From the NCBI GenBank assembly GCA_040954595.2, contig CM082592.2:10093677-10157676 (forward strand): 64,000 bases of DNA, in the 5' to 3' direction. This document shows, in pieces, positions 14,101 to 25,300 of the stretch; position 1 is the first letter of the stretch, and the number at the start of each line of letters is the position of its first letter. Made by a program: the position numbers and the translations under genes. This DNA is from Balanoglossus misakiensis. Its lineage: Eukaryota > Animalia > Hemichordata. The notes beneath the pieces were generated by a model. It searched no databases, was not told the origin of the DNA, and saw nothing but the letters and a program-made list of their open reading frames with translations.

Positions 14101-17100
14101 GTGTGCTGTAAAGCCAGAATGAGATATCCATTTTATATTTCACGCCAAATTTATCACTGCTAGCTCTTAATTGGTTTTGATATAATTAGATTAAGAAAAA
14201 TCAATCAGTGAAACTGAGATCATTTCTGTTTCATTAAACTGGTGGTGATGGTAAAAAGGGTTTGCGATATTTATGGCTGATTGAATTGTGATTGATGGAT
14301 GGAGAGATGGTAGCTGTCACGTGTAAGTCCATGTGACGGTAAAACTCAGATGCACACACACACACACACATGCACATCATGCATACAAGCCTGCACACAC
14401 ACATTGTGACTTTAATACTAATGTTAGCTGTCATTTCTTTTCCAGTTATCTCGAAGTGTCAGTGAACCAGAAGCATTTGCACGGTCGTGGTCGAGGACAT
14501 CAAGACGTCGCCCTCGCTCATCCACTTTGGCCAATCCGTATGCAGCTTCGCTGACCAGGTGGCCCGTACCACAGGTGGAAGCTGTCTTCTTACCAGAATA
14601 TGAGGTCAAACATTACATGGCTCAAACAGATTTCGAGGTGATTGTAAAGTTAGGAATATTTGTCTGTATATAGATCACACTGTCAATGTTACTACGGCTG
14701 CGCAGTCAAGTTAAAGTGTATCACCCACTTAAAAATATTTATGTTTCCTCAAGCAGGTTCTTCATCCTCTTTCCAAGGGTGCCTTCGGACAAGTTCTGAA
14801 AGTACAGAGAGTTGAAGACAAGAAATATTACGCAATGAAGGTAAAATCCCTGCTTCCTCTTTCTTTCCGTATCACCATGGCAACTGTATGTTTGCTGTCT
14901 GCTTTTTCATTATCGTTTCCTGCAGATGGCAGTGTTACTAAGGATGTTTCTAATTAATCTGGCGAGACAGACAGGTATAGCCTTTTGTGTCATGAAGATT
15001 GTCATTTGATAGGGAGATTTGGATGTCCTTGGCCTAATATCTATTTTGCATATAGCCAGACTCTGCCAAGAGACAGAGCTAAGAATCAGAATACCTGCCA
15101 GATGGGATTAGATGTCTCCGGATTTTTATATTACATCTTTACAGTATTTCAGATATTATAGCACCTTCCAAGGCTTGCTTTCTTGTAAATATTTTAAGAT
15201 TTGTCAAGGTCCAGGGCTGCCTAGTGGGGTCACAAAGAACTGTTGATGTCAAACTCAAAGGTCATGACTTGTACAACTTTCCCTCCATCTCTAGATCATA
15301 TCCAAGTCTGAAGTGATCAAGACTGAGATTGTTAAGCAGTGTAAGCAAGAAGCGCTCTTACAGGTAAAAATTCTTTCTGTGTTGGGTTTCCCATAACTTC
15401 GCAAATTACTTGTCTGCAGGTACATGTTGTGTGCGATGGTACCATGCTGACTGACTGAATCTTAAGTCTGTTCTCTTTCTGATGTTTTTCAGTCGGTACT
15501 GTGCAGTCATCCTTTTCTGGTGAAGGCACACTCCACCTGGCAAACCAGAACACACCTGTATTTGGGTAAGTAAAAATCGACACAGACATGCTCATTATAA
15601 TCACACACAAAAAACGTGTAATTTTGATTGAGCTAGACCAGCTAATGAATCTTACAGACAATGTACAGCACTCCGTGTCTCAGGACACATTTCACTTTTT
15701 TTCCTGTTTTCAACAGTCTTCGATTATCTAGACCACGGCGACCTTTACACACTGTGGACCATAGAGGGCCAGTTTAATGAAGACTGTGTCAGAATTTATG
15801 CAGCAGAGTTGGCACTGGCGTTAAATTTCCTTCACTCATCAGGGTGTGTGTATCGGGATCTCAAGGTATAAAGTTAGGAGATTCCAGTGAACCGTTGTAA
15901 GAAAGTTAAACTTAAGATTTTTGTGATTAATGTGAGTTTGCATCATATTTTCCCTCATTTTGTTTTTGATAATGACATCCTCTGATAATTAAAACTGTTG
16001 TTATTGATCACAGATGGAGAACATTTTATTGGATGATGAAGGACACATTAAATTGACAGATTTTGGTTTGGCGCGTTGGTTGTCACAGGGATACAAAGCA
16101 CGGACTATCTGCGGTACTATGCAATACATGGGTAAGGAAAAATCTCCCACCATTTTGCAATGTTCACCAAAGCTAATTTTTCATGCACAAATTCACATCT
16201 TTCCTTTCTGTTCTGATTTGTCAAATGCTCTCAGCTCCAGAAGTACTGAACCCAGAAGAGCCCTATAGTTACCCAGTCGATTGGTGGTCACTAGGCGTGG
16301 TCATGTACGCCTTAATAACAGGTGCCTTTCCTGTACCAGCCACAGACAGTCATCTGTCTATGTACAAAGACATCATGGCTTGCAATTACGAGATGCCGAA
16401 TTACGTCAGTATCGGTGCAAAGAATGTCATCAAGGCAGTAAGTTACACATTACATTCTTCATTGCTTGTCTCATAATTTGTCTTCCCTAAGTGTACGGTA
16501 CACAGCCATTTATATAGAGATTGTGTAATTATCCTTTCAATCTCTCTTTGTCTTCAGCTCCTAACCAAGGAGCCCAGTCGAAGACTACAGAGTCTATCTG
16601 TCTTCAAAAGACAAGACTTCTTCCAGAGACTCTCCTTTGATGATGTGCTGGACAGAAGCATCTCACCCAAGTCAAAGATGGCGCCGAAGAAAGGCGACAG
16701 GAGGAAGTACAAGTCCATGCCGAACATAGTCAAACATGCTGCGGACAAGAAAGAGTTGAATAGACACTCAGCTATAGACATAGAGGAAAGTATGGTGAGT
16801 TGTTTCCCTGTGGTTTGGTCCACATCCATTGCTTTCTATGGTACGGTTGGCCTCTACAGTGAGGCAGGGGGATGTAAAGATTAAACCATGTTGGTGTGTA
16901 ATAACTCTCAAGGAATAGATTTTGCTCCCAGATACTTGTGAATAATAACTGGAAAAACTTCTGGTAAGCCCTGGAATGGTGAGAGTGATTTGACTGTAGT
17001 TTGACTATAATCTTATACGAATTTGAAATCTTTTCACTATATGTTTGCTTCCTTCATCAACCAACAGTTGCACAACTTTGATTGGGTGAATCCATCCTTT

Positions 17101-17112
17101 ACTGATATGTGA
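8148..17112 (+). CDS. RSKR: Ribosomal protein S6 kinase-related AGC kinase (SGK494-like)
   Basis: Exon 1 8148-8198 ([17 protein letters not shown]) joins in phase 0 across a 6.2-kb intron to 14446 (...[16 protein letters not shown]...). Kinase motifs follow: [55 protein letters not shown]. Final exon 17068-17112 is [14 protein letters not shown]. Confidence 0.85.
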
Positions 17113-18453
17113 CCATCCTGTGGCATGGTGTCATGTGACAATCACCTGACAGACTTAACCAATGAGAAGACCTGCACCAAGCAAGAAATTTGCTGCTCAT
17201 GATGTTATCATGAGAAGGTCAATGACCGAGATCTGTGTATCGAACCTGATCATCTCTTCTCCATTTGTGCCTGCATGACAGCAGATTTACCATTGTACCA
17301 GGTTGTACAAACCGGATTTGTTTACAGAATAGAAGTGAAAGCAGAAATGCATGAAGGACTTCAACTTCTTTTTCCTTTGAGAAGATGGTTGAATGAGGAG
17401 AACAAACTAGAGACTGTGTATACTGCCGATATCTTTATAAAACTCCACAGCATGTCATAGAATTCTGTAGAGCAACTCATATCTGGTCTTAGTTTGTAAA
17501 AATGTGAATTGCTTCTCACCAAATTTTAGTCAAATTCTGACAAAAATCAAGAGATGTACGCTCAGAACTTATGGGGGACGTTTTCATGAATCCAGTTTCC
17601 TTTTGTTCTCCTGAACTTCAGAATGTCCATCGAGTTCTTTTGACTGACTGAGACAATTTCTTATCCAAGAGAATATAGAACGCAAAGCTGCAAGAGTTAC
17701 CGTAGATCTACTGGTATTTGCCAACAAAATTGTACATGTACATGTATTCCAGGAGCATTGGTATCTTGTCAAGTACCATAACAACAGGGTCGTCAACAGC
17801 CTTGGCTGACATATAAGAAAAGACAACTGTTTTACCATTTACGTCCAGGTTTTCTTCATGATGTTATTATTACATCTTATGCTTATTTGTATTCTGAAAA
17901 ACGTGTTATTAATATCTTTTTTCATCCGACAGATTTATATGTGCACGGGGAATCAATGTCATTCCTCGTGTGATAGCATATTTAAAAATGAAGATATAAT
18001 TGTAAGTTTTCGTGAAATATCCCAGAGAGGTAATTATCAATCATCCTTGTTTTCCTTGTAAATTGTGTAAAGTTTGAGTAAATATTTGTTTTATAAATTG
18101 ATTAGTTCATGTAAAATATCTATTCCATACTGCCAGCAAAGTTTATAAGAAATAAGGTAAAGCTGTTGTGAATTACTGATTTGAAAGTGATGTTTGTAGA
18201 ATCAGCAATTCTTACATCAGGTGTAAAGTGAAGATGTTGACTTTATCATAACCCACCATGACAATTTTGTCGATTTAGAACTATACTTCTTTCACAGTAC
18301 TAGAGGTCATGTATTGTCGAAACAGATTCTGTGCTGCCTTGACCAAAAAAATTAGGTTAGCTTGTGGACTTTTTCACTCTGAAACGTTGGCTCTGAATGC
18401 TAGTTCAGTCATTCAGACTTATCTTCATCAGAGGCCTTTCTTTTTCAGTTTGC

Positions 18454-18546
18454 TCAACCCTTTCACCACCATGGTTTGGTCCAAATCAATTGTTTGCTAT
18501 GGTAAAGTTGGACCTCTAAAGAGGAAAATGGGTGTGAAAGGATTGA
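18454..18546. mobile_element. Short MITE-like element, family copy 1 (piggyBac-like AACCC..GGGTT termini)
   Basis: Imperfect terminal inverted repeat TCAACCCTTTCAC / GTGAAAGGATTGA. The internal sequence is similar to the copies at 42131 and 50896. Confidence 0.65.
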
Positions 18547-19798
18547 AATGCACTTTCACCTCTATTGTATAAGCTATAAATTAAATTGTGTTTAGCGCTG
18601 TATTCTTCAAGGAGATACAAAACCTCAAATTTCAAACAGTCAAACTGTTTTTGTCACCATGGCAAATATGCTGTACTTCAACTATTTTTGTTACCACAGG
18701 ATGAAGATAAGCTCTCACCATGAGGATCATTGTGATGCATGTTACCATGGTAATGAAGCTGAAATTATGTGCTGTACAATATAGTCAGCACAAGATGTAT
18801 AAATTAATGTTTGTATATGTTTTGCAGTCATACTGGTTGGTACATGTATGTCTATTCCAAAATGACTTTGTATCTGTTTGTATCTGCAGATAACTGATAT
18901 GTTTTGTCATTTTCCATTTACCTTAATCAGATTATTTTGTCAGTGTGTTTTCAGGAAGCAGTTCTTTTCTAATAATTTATTTATTTATTTTAAAACCCTT
19001 CTGTTGCTGTTGCATTTTGTTCCCTGTAGAAATTTTATTTCAAGTCCAGTTTAAATGAATATTTCAATCTGGATATAAAATTCAACTCTGACTAAGCAGA
19101 GGTAGTGCTCAGTCACCAAAGATTCATGCCATTATATCCATAGGTATGGTGAAAAGGGGAGGTACTATGCTACCCCCTAATGCCGGCTTTACCATGACCT
19201 AACAATCTGCTCAAAGTACCATTTGTGCTTAGTGCCTGTGACTGTACATTAATGTTGTACACATCACTCATATCATTTTTGTACTTTAGTAAATAAACTG
19301 GTGTCCACCCCATAAAATGCGATTTGTACATTGTCCATGTAATTATGTGCAAGCGCTTTTTCCGGGAGCCAGTCTGAGGAATCGTGGACAGCGCCCGCAA
19401 ACGACGAATCTTCATAATAGAACATTTTGGATTATTGGTGGTACCCATAACTCAGTTTGCAGCTTTTGTTAAGCTTTTGCTTAGATCATCATGGTATTTA
19501 GTTTATAAAAATACAATGCCACTTCACAACAATAGATATGTTAATACGAGTTTATTGCATTAACTCAAAAAACATTTCACAACACACAATACCTGGGGGA
19601 AAACAGAACGATCTGGTTGCTTTTCATTAAATTATCAAACTCATTTACCGTTGATGTTGGCTTCCAAGTCAGAAATAGTGTTTTATTATATGTTCACCAA
19701 AATGGGACTCTTTACACATTTGTTTTTACAATCAAAATCCAGTTTAGTACACACTATCAACTATGCAAATAACAAAAGGGTGACTATCAGTTCTGCAT

Positions 19799-20834
19799 TT
19801 ATTCTTCGATATCTTCATATCCATCCGGCAAAGGATTGCACACGGCGTTATGAAACATTGAGTGGTTTCCATCTCCCCATGGGTATGGCTGTGGGAGAAA
19901 ATATAGTGGTGAAAAACTTCTGTTTGAAACATCAAAAACCCCTGTACCCTCCCCACTGGACCTAAGTCAATATGTACTTCAATAATGAGTTGATGTATTA
20001 TGACGCTAGCCTAAGAACTGAGAAACTTTCCAATTCTGTAGCATACACTGACCAATCATCAAGTTTGCCAGGCCAATTACCATGGTCTGGTCCCTCTTGA
20101 TTTGACTGTCACGATGCAGACATCTGTTCATAGAGTGGTAAAATCAGTAATGATATGCGAAGTAAGTGACCTACCTTGGTTCTCATACGCAGATGTGAGT
20201 AGGGTATAAAGTCTGGCCGGTGCTCCTTCATGTGGGCCATGTGTTCAGTTTCCTTGAGATAGGCATTTACCATGCACACTCCTACAGCAGGCAAGGCCAC
20301 TAGAAAACTCAACATCTTCCACTGTTTGGCGCCAGCTTTACAGCAAGTGAAAGGTAGAGATAAAAGTTTAAAATAAATGCTAGACTTAGTAATACTTTGA
20401 AGTTTCATGTTAAATTTGCTAACACTTGAAAGTCTAGCGCCCTCTCTCGTTGACAGAAGTTTTCTTGTACTACAGATCTATTTAATCCGTGCAAAGATCG
20501 TAGGTTGGTCATACTATAATTTCTTTTAACCAAATCGGTTATGTCTGATAAGTTACCGGTATTAAACGATGTCGCGTCAAGGAAATTACCGAAACATGGA
20601 CAGAAACGGTGCTGTAGATGTGTACGTGCGCTCGTACTTGCACAGTGAAGGTGAAACGAGGTCACAAAATATTTCAGCGTCACGCCAACGAGATCGTTCT
20701 GATGTTGTCGGCTGGAAAGTAAACGATTTACCTGCGTGGTCTCCTGCTTGTGCTGACTGTGAATATTCACTTGCGCTTCGCCTGAGCGAAGTTGAGAAGG
20801 AACGACGTAAAATAGTAACTGCTCGTGACGCCAT
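19799..20834 (-). CDS. COX6A: Cytochrome c oxidase subunit 6A, mitochondrial
   Basis: Three exons: presequence MASRAVTILRRSFSTSLRRS..., then AKQWKMLSFLVALPAVGVCMVNAYL...RPDFIPYSHLRMRTK, then PYPWGDGNHSMFHNAVCNPLPDGYEDIEE*. Confidence 0.96.
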
Positions 20835-21170
20835 TTTGCCGGTGGTGGAAATAAAGATGGCGAATATACGAATATCCCGGATGGAGATGACTCTCCAGCT
20901 TGGTGGACATTTACACTTTTTATTTTTATGCGATGATAAACTCACAAAACGGCTATTTTAGGTCTTCATTTCACTTCATGACGTATTATAATACAATTAC
21001 TACAGAATAAGTTACTTTAATGTAAATTTCTTCTGATTTTTCTGATTTGATACTTGCCAAGTTTTCACAACTTGGGGCGTTCACAATATCATAACCTTTG
21101 ACCTCAGAAATCGCTCACTCCCATCATTAATGATCAAGTGGGACTGAGCTGCATTATTTTGCTTCATTGG
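20829..21170. promoter_or_regulatory. Putative bidirectional promoter COX6A/AIFM3 with opposed YY1-like motifs and a probable non-coding AIFM3 first exon
   Basis: AAAATGGCG on the minus strand (20829-20837, spanning the COX6A ATG) and AAGATGGCG on the plus strand (20854-20862). Strong donor G|GTAAGT at 21170. Confidence 0.5.
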
Positions 21171-22331
21171 TAAGTACATGTGTACCATGCATGATGCTTA
21201 CTTTGTGAAAGAGGTGTATTAACATTGTAACTCAAAGAGCAGAAGGTGCAGTGAAATGTTTCACGACCGCATCCTTTTCAGCAGTTCATATGCTTGAACA
21301 GTTATATTCATGACATTACGTCACCCATGACAATAGCGTAAATATTTACCTACTTGAAGCTATGCGGATAAAATCATTAGTGACCAGATAATTAACTAGT
21401 GAACAAAACGAAAATATTCCGATTTATCTTATTCTATAATAAAAGTCGTCAACTTATTTACTACGATACTTGGTGTACATAACAGCTGGACACCAACAAA
21501 CTTCGCTGTGGACAACTTGTCAACAATAACAATGGCCCCACACTTGTACTGAGTATATCAGCATGATGTTTGGAGTAGAACAAGAAATTGCATGTGGTAC
21601 ACAAAAAGAAAATAAAGTCAAATGTTACAGCTAATGTCAACCCCTCTTTCTTTATATTATTTTCACCCAAAGATATTTTACAGTTACACTACTGAGGATG
21701 TTTCTAGTGTGTAAATTGATAACACTAGTCATATGATGTACTGTGCATGACTTGGCAGCTTGTTATCAAAATGCTACCATAGCAACAAAGCTGGCAAACA
21801 GTACAGTACTTGACCTATCTTAATAGTCAGAAGATAACATTTCCCCCAAAGTTGACGCTTAAATGTACATTACAATAATTTGCAGATGAACTGCAGGTTA
21901 GTGTCAACACTAATTTATTGATGAATTTTCTTAATTCACAGGTGCTGTTATTCAAGATGTGAATTATAAATGTCCAAAGGTTAAAATTTGCATTCCGGAG
22001 TTAGTTATCTTAACAGTCGTTTGGAACCGGAACTCTTGTTTGACCCATGAGGTGTAACGCTTTTTCTCAAATCCCACTGGTTTTCAAGATCAGCCGAAAC
22101 ACTCAGCCAGGACAACTTTTTTCCAAAGTTGTTACGTACTCCTCAAAGTGTTGCCAATCAAGGAAGGCTTTCTACCACACGCTAGGGAGTCATCAATCAT
22201 TCCAACCAAACAGAAGGTTCAGAGTTCTCTCATTACAGTCAGGGGTTAACGTTACTACCGGTAACCAGTCAGCAGTTTTCACAGGAAAACACTGGCGTGC
22301 CCTTCCATACGTTGGACATACTTTCAGTGCA

Positions 22332-25300
22332 ATGGGGATATGCAGCTCCAAGGATGGTAAGCATATGGGTTGTTAATTTTTTTTTGATCTGTAAACAAGT
22401 GCCGCGTTTCATTGCTGTGATGTTACTATAGTGGTTTCGTGGGATATCAAACTGGTACGATAGTTCTGCCACCAACTGTAAGATAACCCCTTGGTGCCAG
22501 TGTATACCTTTTAGTGTCTTACTAGGAACAGTTCAACACTGTTTTATTATCAAGAAGTATGCTCTTTCATTTCATTGACGAATGATAACCATTCTGTGGC
22601 TTCTCTACCCGCTGTAGCTAACAACACCCTCGCTCACACAAATGGCAACGCAGCTTCCACGGCAAGCAATGGCAAAGGTAACATGAAAAAGTCTGCTTTC
22701 AATCACGACCACCCCCCCCCCCCTAAATGTTGAGTTGCATGTTGCATAACACACATACTACACTGTCTGTCCCTTTCTCTCTATGCTTCCAGCCAGGAAG
22801 TGAAACCAGTGCATGGAACATTTAACCTCTTATGCAATAAACTTGATATCTGATTGGTTAACCCACTTAATGTATTCATTAACCTTTGAATCTTATTGGC
22901 CAGTCACTTTAATGTGGTTAAGATATTTATATACACATACAGTAATACACTGTCCAGGGTGCTGGTACTGGTTACTGGATGCATGTTGATGACTCGGGGC
23001 TAACAGTGGTCTGATATATCGTACATAACTTTTCAAATTTAAAAGGATTGCTTTTTGTGTGCCTGTGATCTCAACTGTAAGTTAACTGTGGTAGGTTGTC
23101 AGCCCATTGTTGTGTGTTTTTGATGTGTTCATTTGCCTGTCTGGTAACAAATTTATTCTTTTTTATTTTTACAACATAATCAGTATTATATGCATGTCTG
23201 CTTTAATAGAAAGTGTTATATAATGCACATTTTGTTATCGTGCTGTTCATGTTATTGTGTGTGTTTGTCGGCCAAAATGTCTTGTAAAAAAGAACTAGGA
23301 TCCATGGAACAAGACCAGAAAAACAATCACTTCAGGCAATCAATACACACGTAGTTAGAGTGTGATAAAAAGTAATAGCACGTTGTTTGCATTGGTGCAT
23401 TGTAACAGTTACATTTAATGTCTATTTTGACTTCCAAATCATTGTTTATAAGTCAAAAAAGTTGAATTAATTACCAATGTCGTTCTGACCTTGTAGCCAT
23501 GTGCTGAAATGTGCCAGACATAGAAACAGCAATTTCTTGTATATTGATGTCGTTTGGCCTTTAGTGTTACTTTGGTCCATAAGCTGCCAGAATGTATATT
23601 TAGCTATTTAATTAATGCAAATCCCTTTTAATGGAATGTAGCCATATGTGGTGTTTGTGGTAGAATTTCTCTAAGGAAAATATTTTGTATTTTCTGGGCG
23701 CCAGCATTTTTAATTCCAAGGAATCTTACATACAGGAATCAGGAATGTGAAGTTCCACCTCATTTTAAAAACCCCATGGATTGAATTAATGGATATTGTA
23801 ACATGTGGAGTGACCGTGTGAAAACCTTATACATGTAGCTGTAATTTTAGATTTGTCATATTCATAATATAATGCATGATATCTTCATTCCATCATGGTG
23901 TCTGCAATTTTCCCACTAATAACTGGTCACACTCATTGCTCCATAGAGCACGGCATTGCAGCCATGCCGAAACCAGAGAAGGTGGTCCCAGTAGAAGCAG
24001 TGGTCTGTAAAGTAAATGATATGAAGGATGGCGAGTAAGTAACTCTGTATGCAATCATTGAAACCAAACAGTCATAACTGTGACAACACAAAGAAAAATT
24101 GTCGGGAATGTTTCTTGTATAGTGTTGAACTTTTTCTATGAGTGTCCATGTGTTCATGTCTGTGCGTGTGTATATATACAAAACATAGAATTCATTGTTT
24201 GCAAGTACTGATTGATAGTGATACTGAAGGAAAGGAAGTTTCAAATTCCAACATTACTACACGATGTAACTTACACAGGAAATGTGTAACAGAAGAAGAC
24301 TAAAAATAAAGAACAAACCTGAGTAATTTCCTGACATCAGTAAGAAATGGATTACTAGTACTCTCATATGTTGGTACCCCAAAAAATTTATTAAAAATAT
24401 GGCAATACATTTACTTTCATTTCTTCCGAACGTATTTCTGTTAAAATTTGTTGTACTTATCCGTAGGATGCGAGAAGTTGACGTTGGTCCTGGCAAAGCT
24501 CTTTTAATCAAAGACATGGGAGCCTACAGTGCAATTGGTCACAAATGTACACACTATGGTGCACCACTTGTCAAAGGTATTGTCATTTATCATTGGTTTC
24601 AGATATAAGACTTCCCAGTTTAAAATTAGCATATGGGGCGGGGGATGGTTGGTATACTCACAGAGTGAAGCAAATGTGCTGAGTTGATGACATTGTCATT
24701 TTTTTGCAGGTGTACTCTGCAATGGAAGAGTGCGTTGTCCATGGCATGGTGCATGCTTCAACACACAGACTGGTGACATAGAGGACTTCCCTGGCTTAGA
24801 TGGTGTACAGAAGTTTGAGGTGGGTGTCAGTATTTACACGAAGGTACCAGTGACATGGTATTGACTTCCTTTCTGAATAACGGTACAGATTTCACACCAC
24901 TGAATCATTTGGCAAGTTTGAATTCAAACTCAGAAAATTGACGTGACATTTTCATGGATTTTGAATGTTACAGGTGGACATCAAAGATGATAATGTCATT
25001 GTGAAAACTCACAAGAAGGTAAGTTTATCATCATCTTAGAAAGAGAAATTGTGGCTTTTTGTAACTTGTAAATCTTATTTATTCATTTATGGAATCAAAG
25101 TAAGTTTTGTTTATGACAATGCAACCAGTGACTTCTGAAAGTTCATTTTTGTGATGAAATTTTCATTTTGATAACTTTTTTTCGCCAGGCATTGGAGAAG
25201 ACCAGAAGGATCAAAGAAATGGGCAGCAGATCTCCTGATGAGGATGCCAATGTTGTTCTTGTTGGTGGAGGTAATAATAAAAACAGTTCTGAGTTTTGTT

